DNA of 48,917 bases, from positions 1 to 48,917 of the IMG/VR virus record IMGVR_UViG_3300025141_000158. One strand, 5' to 3'. Positions 17,294 through 26,599 of the stretch are shown piece by piece. Below the pieces are notes generated by a model. The model made no database searches, was not told the origin of the DNA, and was given only the letters and a program-made list of their open reading frames with translations. Position numbers and translations under genes: made by a program. Position 1 is the first letter of the stretch. Each line of letters begins with the position of its first letter. Origin of the DNA: a virus. Its lineage: Duplodnaviria > Caudoviricetes.

Positions 17294-20200
17294 TTAAAAA
17301 ACTTTCTTTGCTATAGTTTCACCCATGCCTGATCCTAACCCACCTGCATAAGCCCCTAAGGCCATACCTGCTACTCTACCAACAGCACCAAAGAATCCCC
17401 CACCTTTTGTTTTCTGTTGATTAGACTGTTGCATCTGTCCACCAATTAAGCTGATGATAGAACTTTGTGCTTCAGGATCAAGTCCTGCGAACCAATCTGA
17501 TGGAGTAGAAAACACTTTACTTATGCCAAACTTTGTAGGTGCCCTTGCTTTTATTTCAGCATATACTTGTGATTGTTGGGCCGGAGTCAAATTACCATAA
17601 GGTGCACTGTATCTCTTGGCTGAAGTGGGTGAGGGTTTGTAAGATACTACTGTCGTAGGACTTGGCTCAGGTGCGTGTGTCGCCCCTGCTAATATTTGAT
17701 TAGCTGTAACATCCTTTAAATCTAACACACTGCTTTCAATCGTTAGACGTATATCAGTGTCCGTAAATATATTACCTGGAAATGCAATTTCTAGTTGCGT
17801 TCGCGTGTTATTTATATAGTCAGAATTAGTCATTGCATTATCTACAACAGTATTTAATTGTTCTGGACTAAGTTTCTGATCTCCTATATCTTCACCAAAC
17901 TCATCTGTTATAATATTATATAACGGCTTAAAGATACTATCACGAACTCTAGTAGCTAGTTGCTCACCAGCTTTACCTTGAAAAGTCCGATCAGTAGCAA
18001 TTTGTTGTGGCTCTACTCTTGATATTGTTGCCCATGTTTCTAAGAATCTAGCCTCAGCTGCATCTGCTTGTCGTGAGGCATTAGCAAAAGCATCCGCGTC
18101 CATGTTCCGTTTAGTTGCAATGTCCGCTCTTTGATTTCCTACTGTATCTCTAAATCTATTATGAGCTTCTAAGAAAGCAGCGGGATTCTTAAATTCTTCA
18201 GCTTTTTGTCTTTTAAAGTTTGTAAGTAACTCATTCCTTACTTGCGGTTCTAAAGTAGTATTAAGGTTTAGTTTTGCTTCATATGCTTCTAAATCAAAAT
18301 TAGCCATTGTAAATTTACTTTGATCTAGTCCAAATTGACCTGCAACATCTCCAGTTGTTAATGCCCACTGATCGTCATACTCTTTCTGACCTTGTTCAAA
18401 TTGCTCTCTATTAAGTCCGTTTTGTTCCGCTATTGACTTATACTTAGCTGCTCTCTCCATGTTATCTGAAGTTACTTGAGCTGCTAATTGTCGGGCTTCC
18501 ATAGTAGGCATAGATTCTACTTCTACTCCTGCACCACCTAGTATACTGTTTATCTGTGCATCACTAGGCCGTTGTCCTGTCATAGCAAAATAAGATTCAG
18601 ATATAGCAACTCTTTTACCTGCATCTCCTCCACCTAAGAAAGCAGAGGCAAGATCAGCATCATCTAAATCAATACCTAAGTCAGCGGCTGTTATAGTACC
18701 AGGTTGTCCTGTTTCTCCAGTAAGACCTGCCCAGATAGCGGCTACGTCTGCGGATGTTCTTAGTTTCTCATTTCCTATCTCAGCGTATATTTTAGACACC
18801 GCTGCTGTAGTTTGTGTTTCGTTTAATCCCAGTTCTCTCAAGCTAATTACTAATTGCTCGTTGAACTGTTCCATTTGATTATCAATCTTTTGCTGATCTA
18901 AATCACTTGTTACAGCTGTAGTGAAAGCATTTTGTAATGCTGTTACTTTCTCTGTTCTAGCTGCTGTATTACGTGTAAATATTTCATCTTCAATAGCTGC
19001 CATTTCATTATTATACTGTTGTTCAAGACCTGACCAAGCTGCCATTGCTTGTCCTGATTGTGCTCCACCAGGTGTGAACGCGAATCTAGCAGCTAACCGT
19101 CTTTCTGACTCTCTTAGTCTTTGCTCTGCAGCTGTTGTTTGTGCATCTCTGTACTCATCCTCATCAAATCCTATAGAGTCAACAACAGCACGCATTTCGT
19201 CCTGAGCCCAATCAAGCATACTTTTATTATCTTCTTCTTTTACTTGCTCAGGTGGTTTATTCTCTTGCGGTACATCATCACCCTGTACAGTGCCTGGCAT
19301 ATTCTCTTGAACTTCGGTGTCAGTGGTTGGCTCACCAAAAGCATCAGCTGCAGTTTCCTCTGTATATCCTGTAGGATCTTGACCTTCTGTCTCTTGCCAT
19401 GGTAGAGTCTCAGATATTTGTTCTTGGTCAGATGTCATGCCAGTATCATCATACATCTCTGCTAATTCTCTACCACGCCTTTCTGCATCTGGATCAGTTT
19501 CTCCTTGTACAGTGCCCGGCATGTTTTGTTGAACTTGTGGTACGTCTGTTCCTTGCTGTTCCTCCATTGTAGGTTCAGCTCTTGGTTGTCCTGCTCTTTC
19601 ACTTAATTTAGAATAATCCTCAGCAGTCATACTACCTGACTCTACAGCCTCATCTGCACTAGGATCATAGGAACCATACTTCCGAAAGTTTTCTTCTGCT
19701 TCACGTTTCATCCTTGATCGTTCTCTAAGTTGTGCTAAGTACTCAGGCGATCTAGTATCAACATCAGGATCATACTCATCAGCAGCCTTAAAGAAATCAT
19801 CATAGCTTTCAGCTTCTGTTACATTACGTTTTAATCTGTTTCTTTCTGCTTCAGCCGCCATTCGACCTGAAGCTGTACGTTGTTGTTCTCTGATGTGATC
19901 TTCTTGTGCCTTAGCTTCTTCCCTCCCTTTAGCTAGCCTTGCATTTTCCTTTCGTTGTTCTTCTACTTGTTGGTTATATTCAGCTGCGTTCATTCCACCG
20001 GAAACTTTGCTTTTATCTACATCATCTAATTTAACTGTTGATCCTCCCCCAGTTGTTTCGTCTGAACTCTCAGGTCCGCCAAGATTATCTGTACGTATCC
20101 ATCCTCCTTGTCCAGAAGCCGCATCTTCATCGTTCCATGTGTGTTGTCCACCTTCGGGATCAACCGCCCTATTAAGCTGAGCATCCCAACGCCAACCTTC

Positions 20201-20455
20201 AGGTAAGTTCTTTTTAGGATCAAATTTAGCTTGAGGAACCTTAGCCCCAGGCGTACTAGTGCCTGAAGCATAAGGATCGCTTTCGCTCGCTGACGGAGAA
20301 CGCCATGAAACAGGCTGTGTTCCTGTTCCCCCAAGTGTACTTAGCATTTGGTCTGAAACAACTAACTCGGATTGCTTTCCAATGGTGGCATCTTCCCCTG
20401 CGTGTATTGCCCTCCACTCTTCATCAGTTAAAGAATCCTCTAATGCACTTGTCAT
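17294..20455 (-). CDS. Putative internal virion/ejection protein with a glycine-rich hydrophobic C-terminus
   Basis: 1053 aa, acidic and Gln-rich; ends GGGFFGAVGRVAGMALGAYAGGLGSG. Confidence 0.6.
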   Translation of the reverse strand: MTSALEDSLTDEEWRAIHAGEDATIGKQSELVVSDQMLSTLGGTGTQPVSWRSPSASESDPYASGTSTPGAKVPQAKFDPKKNLPEGWRWDAQLNRAVDPEGGQHTWNDEDAASGQGGWIRTDNLGGPESSDETTGGGSTVKLDDVDKSKVSGGMNAAEYNQQVEEQRKENARLAKGREEAKAQEDHIREQQRTASGRMAAEAERNRLKRNVTEAESYDDFFKAADEYDPDVDTRSPEYLAQLRERSRMKREAEENFRKYGSYDPSADEAVESGSMTAEDYSKLSERAGQPRAEPTMEEQQGTDVPQVQQNMPGTVQGETDPDAERRGRELAEMYDDTGMTSDQEQISETLPWQETEGQDPTGYTEETAADAFGEPTTDTEVQENMPGTVQGDDVPQENKPPEQVKEEDNKSMLDWAQDEMRAVVDSIGFDEDEYRDAQTTAAEQRLRESERRLAARFAFTPGGAQSGQAMAAWSGLEQQYNNEMAAIEDEIFTRNTAARTEKVTALQNAFTTAVTSDLDQQKIDNQMEQFNEQLVISLRELGLNETQTTAAVSKIYAEIGNEKLRTSADVAAIWAGLTGETGQPGTITAADLGIDLDDADLASAFLGGGDAGKRVAISESYFAMTGQRPSDAQINSILGGAGVEVESMPTMEARQLAAQVTSDNMERAAKYKSIAEQNGLNREQFEQGQKEYDDQWALTTGDVAGQFGLDQSKFTMANFDLEAYEAKLNLNTTLEPQVRNELLTNFKRQKAEEFKNPAAFLEAHNRFRDTVGNQRADIATKRNMDADAFANASRQADAAEARFLETWATISRVEPQQIATDRTFQGKAGEQLATRVRDSIFKPLYNIITDEFGEDIGDQKLSPEQLNTVVDNAMTNSDYINNTRTQLEIAFPGNIFTDTDIRLTIESSVLDLKDVTANQILAGATHAPEPSPTTVVSYKPSPTSAKRYSAPYGNLTPAQQSQVYAEIKARAPTKFGISKVFSTPSDWFAGLDPEAQSSIISLIGGQMQQSNQQKTKGGGFFGAVGRVAGMALGAYAGGLGSGMGETIAKKVF

Positions 20456-21556
20456 CTAAGCCCTTCCTTGTCCATAGCCCTTACGTTGTTTTGCTGGTCT
20501 TTGTATATCAACAAAACCAGTTTTATCGTCCTCTTTTTGCTTCGGTGTTCTTGGTTTTGTTTGTGCTATTTTGGGAGTTGTTGTTTGTGGTTGTGCTACT
20601 GCCTCTCCCATAGACTTTCCTACCGAAGCAGCTGTAGGTGCAGGTTGTACTTTTGCTGGTGCGGGTCTTGGAGGTGCAGCTTGTACTCGTCCACGCCCAG
20701 CTATTTCCATAGATGGAGCAGGAACAAAAGCATTACCTGCTGGCCCGTAAAGTTGACCACGAAGTGCATCTGCTTGAGTTGGAGGTGCGGCTGTTAAAGG
20801 TCGCATATCAGCTGGCAACTGTTGCACAGGATTTGGTTGAAATGCAGGTGAAGCGTCTACAGGTGTCCCAACCAATGATCCCCACGTACTCGCAACCCTT
20901 CGCTCAGCTTCGTCTGCTTTTGCTTGTGCTATTGCTTGGTCAAAGGATTGCTGTAGTTGTGCCTCTCTGTCACTAAGTCCTGCATTTCTTTGAAGCGCCG
21001 CATTTTGAGCTCCTGTATAAGCATCAAAAGTTTGACGCGGAGCTACCGGAGACGGAGGAGCATTCCAGAAATCAAGACCTTCTCTTTCAGCTCTTCCCAT
21101 TGCTCTATCTGTTATCGCTTTTTCTAGTTGCTGATCAGCGGACATCCAATCACCCGTAGTCCGTGAATCTGCAGTAGGCCCCATATTTTCCCATCTATCC
21201 CATCTGTTTTGTTCTTGATCCATTACGTCTTGAAGCTTAATTTTATAGTGCGGGTCTGGGTCATTACGATACCACTCTCGCATATCCTGCTCATAGCCTG
21301 AACCCATACTATGCTGTAGACCATCAGGACCAAAGTAGTTATCCTGTACTCTATATCCTGTATCATCTATAGGTTGAACGTCGCCCGTAATATGCTCTCC
21401 ATAAGCATGCCTGCGTAGAGTTTGGTCACCTTGACGTCTCTTTGCTTGCACAGCCTGACCACGTGCTTGAGCCTCTTTATAAGGGCGCCGGTCTCCGTAC
21501 CGAGGTGCCCTAGTACTACCTTGTTGTATAGCTGCGTCTTCATATCCGTTAGCCAT
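20456..21556 (-). CDS. Putative virion protein (low complexity, Pro/Ala/Gln-rich)
   Basis: 366 aa; abuts the next gene; AAAGG SD. Confidence 0.6.
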   Translation of the reverse strand: MANGYEDAAIQQGSTRAPRYGDRRPYKEAQARGQAVQAKRRQGDQTLRRHAYGEHITGDVQPIDDTGYRVQDNYFGPDGLQHSMGSGYEQDMREWYRNDPDPHYKIKLQDVMDQEQNRWDRWENMGPTADSRTTGDWMSADQQLEKAITDRAMGRAEREGLDFWNAPPSPVAPRQTFDAYTGAQNAALQRNAGLSDREAQLQQSFDQAIAQAKADEAERRVASTWGSLVGTPVDASPAFQPNPVQQLPADMRPLTAAPPTQADALRGQLYGPAGNAFVPAPSMEIAGRGRVQAAPPRPAPAKVQPAPTAASVGKSMGEAVAQPQTTTPKIAQTKPRTPKQKEDDKTGFVDIQRPAKQRKGYGQGRA

Positions 21557-21572
21557 TTTATTACCTTTCTAA

Positions 21573-21595
21573 CTGTGTTTCAGGTTGCAATACAG
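21573..21595. promoter_or_regulatory. 23-bp palindromic parS-like site, copy 3
   Basis: CTGTGTTTCAGGTTGCAATACAG in a short intergenic gap. Confidence 0.75.
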
Positions 21596-21596
21596 T

Positions 21597-21767
21597 TTAA
21601 AATAAATCCATAATTGCTGCAACTACATTTCCAATACCTTCTTCTGATACAGTAATACCAATACCCCCTAATAAAGCAACTAAAAACCCAGCAATAATCT
21701 TTACATTCTTTTTAGTCTTACCTTCTTTAAGAAGTACCTTCTTCAACTTGTCCTTCAAGAACTTCAT
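21597..21767 (-). CDS. Small holin-like membrane protein (56 aa), not in the ORF track
   Basis: GGAGG SD; MKFLKDKLKKVLLKEGKTKKNVKIIAGFLVALLGGIGITVSEEGIGNVVAAIMDLF. Confidence 0.65.
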   Translation of the reverse strand: MKFLKDKLKKVLLKEGKTKKNVKIIAGFLVALLGGIGITVSEEGIGNVVAAIMDLF

Positions 21768-21921
21768 TCTCACCCTCCTGTTTATTTAAATTTACTTTTC
21801 CTTCCAGTACATCAAGCATTCCCCTAAGACGTTGCCACTGAGGATCCGCATTTACTACTTGAGTCGCCCGTTGTTCTAATGCTTGTTCTACGCCCTGTCT
21901 CAACTCATCCTGATCTTCCAT
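21727..21921 (-). CDS. Hypothetical small acidic protein
   Basis: AAGGAG SD; 64 aa. Confidence 0.7.
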   Translation of the reverse strand: MEDQDELRQGVEQALEQRATQVVNADPQWQRLRGMLDVLEGKVNLNKQEGENEVLEGQVEEGTS

Positions 21922-21935
21922 CTTGCTATTTCTCC

Positions 21936-22091
21936 TTAATAAGAACTGGGGGTTTTACCGCCCATGCGATTGCCCAAATTTGGGCTTTTAGGTTTACGTT
22001 TAGACTTAGCCTTAATCTTAGCCTTAGCCTTCTTTGCAGCTGCCTTACCTTTCTTTGTATACGGGTAATGCTTTCCACCAACTTTAGGCAT
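21936..22091 (-). CDS. Small Lys-rich protein (51 aa), not in the ORF track
   Basis: GGAG SD; MPKVGGKHYPYTKKGKAAAKKAKAKIKAKSKRKPKSPNLGNRMGGKTPSSY; fills the gap. Confidence 0.75.
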   Translation of the reverse strand: MPKVGGKHYPYTKKGKAAAKKAKAKIKAKSKRKPKSPNLGNRMGGKTPSSY

Positions 22092-22485
22092 TTTCTTTCT
22101 CCAGCGTTGCGAAGTCCAAATCTAACTTATCCAATGGACGTTCAATTTGTAGTGACTTTAATTCACTGTTAGAAACATTTAAAAGTGTTCCTCCAACTAT
22201 CTGACCATCTTTTACTTGATATACATAAAATGTGGTACTAGTAATAGCAGTTTTTGATATTCTAGCTGGTCTACGCTCTCCACCAATTTGTATATAACAC
22301 GTTTGATTCTCATCATATTTACTTCCTAAAAAGACCGTAGCTCCGGCCAGAATATTTTCAATAGTATTACGTAAAAACAACAAAGCTAACCCAACAATAA
22401 ACCAGAAACTGTATTGTTCTATCAATAACCCTATACCAGAAGATTCTGAAAACTTCTGTATTGCTTCTGCAGCTTCAGTTTCCAT
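22084..22485 (-). CDS. Truncated MscS-like (mechanosensitive channel family) membrane protein
   Basis: TM helix followed by LRNTIENILAG, a beta domain (ISKTAITSTTF) and VSNSEL, matching the MscS TM3 + middle domain pattern. Confidence 0.6.
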   Translation of the reverse strand: METEAAEAIQKFSESSGIGLLIEQYSFWFIVGLALLFLRNTIENILAGATVFLGSKYDENQTCYIQIGGERRPARISKTAITSTTFYVYQVKDGQIVGGTLLNVSNSELKSLQIERPLDKLDLDFATLEKENA

Positions 22486-22922
22486 TACGTCTTATTGGTG
22501 GCCTTATACACTTCAGCAAAAAATACGGTAACTATCCAAACCATTGCACCATAAACTGCTTCGTGCTCCCAGAACAGTTGCCACTTCTTATCTGCTCCAT
22601 TACGAGCAAAAGGGAAACCAATAGTATGCCAAAGCTGATACAGGATAGTTATACATATAGCAGCTCCACCAGACCAAGCCGCAGCTTTTTTACCTTCATC
22701 TACGGCTTTCTGCCTCTTACTCATCGTAATGATGGATTTTTTAGCTGACTTTAACTCGCCTTTTAAATCATCTCTATCATGCTTGTACTCTTTAGCAATG
22801 ATATTTTCATTACTAACCTGTTGACGTAAATGCTCGATCTCTTTTACCGCTTCAATATACAGCACTCGTTGCCTTTCGGCTGAGGGTATCTGATTTGGCA
22901 GTGGATATTTTGCAGGACTCAT
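22485..22922 (-). CDS. Coiled-coil membrane protein with two TM segments (lysis-related candidate)
   Basis: Coiled coil, then GGAAICITILYQLW and VYGAMVWIVTVFF. Confidence 0.65.
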   Translation of the reverse strand: MSPAKYPLPNQIPSAERQRVLYIEAVKEIEHLRQQVSNENIIAKEYKHDRDDLKGELKSAKKSIITMSKRQKAVDEGKKAAAWSGGAAICITILYQLWHTIGFPFARNGADKKWQLFWEHEAVYGAMVWIVTVFFAEVYKATNKT

Positions 22923-22926
22923 TTCA

Positions 22927-23265
22927 CTAACTCCAAGAAGCAGTTTTAATTACAGGTTTACTTGGTATAGCATCATTCTCTTTTTCTAATGCTTCCTTGA
23001 CTGATGTATGCCAAATGTTAACTTCAGTTGTAACCCTGCCAGGCAGCCCCGTTAATTTACTATACTCAATAAAATGATCTGGATTAGCTTTTGTTAAATC
23101 TAACATAACCCATGCCCCTCTAGTTGTTTCTGTATCTGTGTCACTGGTGCATGTCGCTGTAGCGTAAACACCTGTAACTACTTCAGTTTTTTCTACTGCG
23201 CCTACTTTTGTTTTTGGTGCGACCATTATTTGATCGCTAATATCTAAAGTATGTGTATAGGCCAT
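22927..23265 (-). CDS. Tail-fibre-associated hypothetical protein
   Basis: Directly after the fibre gene; beta-rich. Confidence 0.65.
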   Translation of the reverse strand: MAYTHTLDISDQIMVAPKTKVGAVEKTEVVTGVYATATCTSDTDTETTRGAWVMLDLTKANPDHFIEYSKLTGLPGRVTTEVNIWHTSVKEALEKENDAIPSKPVIKTASWS

Positions 23266-23292
23266 TATTAATTCCCTATCTATATTATCTTT

Positions 23293-26200
23293 TTATGCGG
23301 CTTCGAGAGTGGCAATTCTTGCCTTTGCCGCATCCAGTTCCGTTTTCAGTTCTTTTACCGCGTTTACTAATGCCCACTTGATTTCTGACCCGTCAAACTG
23401 CCTGAGATCGGATGTCTCACTTGCATCTGAGTCATTAATTTTTGCCGAAAACTGTGTAACCGAATTAGGAAAAACCTGTTCAACTTCTTGTGCTACCAGA
23501 CCAACATAGGTCTTGCCGTCTGCGTTCGTGCCACCCTTGCCGTTGTACTGGTAATTCACGGGTCGAATATTAGCATTGCAAAGTTCGTCAAGACCAAGAG
23601 TATAGTTACTGGTTACTGTTTTTAGCCTTGAATCTGAGGTGGCAGACCAATCGCCCCCAGATGGTTTTTTCGGTGTAGATGTTGCGATGACGAAAGCACT
23701 TGAACCGGTGGCTTCCCAGATCCATTCTCCATTAGCTCCAGTGTACATATTCGATACCCAACTCAATGAGGCATCAGCAGAGCCAGACGTAGCGTGGTAC
23801 GTGTTTAGAGTACCTGTTTGGAGTCTGATCCTTGCGGCTTCACCCGATCCAATGTACTTCCAGGCACCGTTATAATAAGCGTTTGATGTCCATTCGCAGT
23901 TTGTAGCATGGCTATCCTCGTGGCCGATAAAACACATATGCGCTTGAATGCCTATGTGCGAATCCCACGTACTGGACGCACCATCCACCGATAGAATTTG
24001 CGAAGCCCACCTAAGATCTGTCTCACCCTGTATTGCATTGGCTCCTGTCACGGTAGTTACAGTCGTGGCTGTAGACCCCGTAAGTGCGGCTCCACCTCCA
24101 CCTGCATCTTCCCACGCTGGGGCTGTTCCTGCTCCAGTAGAAGTAAGAACTTGTCCGTCTGTTCCGTAGTTAGCTCCACCGATCCCGATCTCACCCTGAC
24201 TTGTAATCCGAAGTTTTTCCGTAGCGGCTTCACTATGCCCAGTGTAAAAAATCAAATCTGTAGCATTAACAGAAGCGGAAAATGTGTCTTGTGCAATCGC
24301 TTGAATAGATGCAGCTATAGTTATTGCATCCGTTCCTGTTTCATGTGGAGCTTGAAAGTCTATCTTACCTAAGACATCATTTGCCTCTATAGTAGGATTA
24401 GCCGTAGCCAGTAAAAGTTTACCAGTGCTCGTAGTTGCATCAGCACTCGCACCCATGATACGAAGCTGGTCTACACTTTCATCCCACTCCATGTAAGCCC
24501 CAGCACTTGCACCAAAGAACTTAACATCCTTGCCTGTGTCATCAACTCCTACCGTCACGGTTCCAGTAAAAGTTTTATCCCCTGTAAAGGTTTGCGATCC
24601 TGAGAGGTGAGCAGTATCAGTGTCAAGATATGCTGACGCGATTACTGTTGACGACTGCCATGTACCAGATGTTATAGTACCTACACCTGTGATACCTGTT
24701 TGGTTACCTACAGACAATAGCCCTGCATTGGTCATAGCAGCTGTTGAACCCATTGTTAGAGTTCCTGCTATAGTTGTAATAGAAGCCGATCCATTACCAA
24801 TAGTTGCGTCTATTTCATCTTCATCATCTCCGTCTACTATGAAAAGACCTGTATTAAGCTCACCATCATGTGAAGCAACTGAAAGAGTTAACTTACCACC
24901 TTCTGCTCCGTTGCTTGCATCAGCTACTATACCTTGTATTTGAGCAAAACGTATATTATCTTGGTTATCATCATCACCAAAAAAGTCTATAGTTCCACAC
25001 ACATCATTGTCTTGTCCAGCTGCTCCTCTATCATTAATAAACTTTAATGTTCCAGCAGTTGCATCATTATAAGTATTTTTTATTTGTACTATAGGTGTGT
25101 TTGTAGCATTGCTATAATGCACTACACCATACTTCTGGAATGTAACCTCATCATCACTATGTGAAAAACTTACATAACTTCCACTAGTATTACCATAAAC
25201 TTGGAATGTTGCCCCTGCACTGCCTCCAGATGTTCCAACTCTTAATGTAGTACCATCTAGTAATACAGTTGAAGCTGTAGCAAGAGCATTAGAGTTATTA
25301 TAAACTAAGCCTAAGTTAGTACCTGATAACAACCCTGAGATTGTCATTCCAGACTCTAATTCAATACCTCCATCATCTATGGTAAGTATTTTAGCTTCAT
25401 CTACATTAAATATAAACTCACCACGATCTGCATCTGATTCAGCTGTCTTTGTTGTAAAGTTTACATCATAAAGCTCTTTGTCACTTGCACCATTAGAGGT
25501 TATAATATTGAAACTTTCAGTTGCACTAGTACCCATAGCAAAAGAAACATCAGCATTATTGAGATCATTATAAAGAGTGGCATTGCCTCCAAAGTCTAAA
25601 ACCGAAGCAGTAGCGCTTGCTGTTAATGTTAACTTTCCGTTAGCATGAGTTCCGGCTGATGCCTTATCATTAGCTAAAGTAAGAATACCACCATCAGCAA
25701 TACTTAGTAACCACTCATCTCCCGCATCATCACCTCTGTCAGCTTGTAATATCATATTAAAAGCCGTACCATCAACAGCACTAGATACAATTAATTTATC
25801 TGTACCATCTTCATCATACTCAACAGTATAATTAGTATCAGAACCAAAGGCTAAAGTCTTATCATCAGCAATATTAACACCACCTACAGTTGCATGAATA
25901 CCATCATCTTCTATAGATGCTATTGTGACTTCATCAACCTTAAAGACTAGTTTTCCATGATCCGCTGTACCGCTAGCTGTCTTGGATTCAAAAATAACTT
26001 GTTCTAATGTTTTACCACTACCATTATCTGCTATTATATTAAAAGATTCTGCAGCACTTGTACCAATAGAGATAGTTACATCTGCACCATTAACATCTTC
26101 ATATGATGTAATATCTCCAGCGAATACAGGGCCGGTACTTATAATAGAAAAAGCCTCTACCGCTGATCCATCTTTATAAACGGAAAATACAAACTTACCA

Positions 26201-26586
26201 TCTTCACTTGTTGCTGTAGTGTCTGTTGCTATAACATCTAAGTAACCAAAGTCATGAACATCTCCAGCTGAATTACGAACTTGAAACCCTAAACGCACCC
26301 CATCATTATTAGCAATCGAACTATCAGATGGATTAAGAGCAAAATTAGAAGTTGTATTTGCGCCTGATCCTGTTGCTGTAGAAGTAAATGTTTTTACTCC
26401 TGTTATAGTCTGTGATGTACTTTTACCAACAATACCTGTAGTTGCCGTAAGATTTACATTAGCTTCATCTATACTTGTACTTTCTATAAATGAAAGTATA
26501 TTATTAATCCAATCTCTTACCTGTTCTGCTTCTATCTCGTCACCTGGATTTGGTAACGGTGTAGTTGGTCTTGTTACTGTTGCCAT
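23293..26586 (-). CDS. Tail fibre/spike with a C-terminal peptidase S74 intramolecular chaperone
   Basis: G/T/S/D-rich repeats; SDSRLK cleavage motif; GLVAQEVEQVFP; terminal coiled coil. Confidence 0.9.
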   Translation of the reverse strand: MATVTRPTTPLPNPGDEIEAEQVRDWINNILSFIESTSIDEANVNLTATTGIVGKSTSQTITGVKTFTSTATGSGANTTSNFALNPSDSSIANNDGVRLGFQVRNSAGDVHDFGYLDVIATDTTATSEDGKFVFSVYKDGSAVEAFSIISTGPVFAGDITSYEDVNGADVTISIGTSAAESFNIIADNGSGKTLEQVIFESKTASGTADHGKLVFKVDEVTIASIEDDGIHATVGGVNIADDKTLAFGSDTNYTVEYDEDGTDKLIVSSAVDGTAFNMILQADRGDDAGDEWLLSIADGGILTLANDKASAGTHANGKLTLTASATASVLDFGGNATLYNDLNNADVSFAMGTSATESFNIITSNGASDKELYDVNFTTKTAESDADRGEFIFNVDEAKILTIDDGGIELESGMTISGLLSGTNLGLVYNNSNALATASTVLLDGTTLRVGTSGGSAGATFQVYGNTSGSYVSFSHSDDEVTFQKYGVVHYSNATNTPIVQIKNTYNDATAGTLKFINDRGAAGQDNDVCGTIDFFGDDDNQDNIRFAQIQGIVADASNGAEGGKLTLSVASHDGELNTGLFIVDGDDEDEIDATIGNGSASITTIAGTLTMGSTAAMTNAGLLSVGNQTGITGVGTITSGTWQSSTVIASAYLDTDTAHLSGSQTFTGDKTFTGTVTVGVDDTGKDVKFFGASAGAYMEWDESVDQLRIMGASADATTSTGKLLLATANPTIEANDVLGKIDFQAPHETGTDAITIAASIQAIAQDTFSASVNATDLIFYTGHSEAATEKLRITSQGEIGIGGANYGTDGQVLTSTGAGTAPAWEDAGGGGAALTGSTATTVTTVTGANAIQGETDLRWASQILSVDGASSTWDSHIGIQAHMCFIGHEDSHATNCEWTSNAYYNGAWKYIGSGEAARIRLQTGTLNTYHATSGSADASLSWVSNMYTGANGEWIWEATGSSAFVIATSTPKKPSGGDWSATSDSRLKTVTSNYTLGLDELCNANIRPVNYQYNGKGGTNADGKTYVGLVAQEVEQVFPNSVTQFSAKINDSDASETSDLRQFDGSEIKWALVNAVKELKTELDAAKARIATLEAA

Positions 26587-26599
26587 TCGATTCTCCTAA

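Noticed and set aside
23293-26586. Diversity-generating retroelement targeting the tail fibre
   Set aside because: No reverse transcriptase and no nucleotide-level TR/VR pair seen
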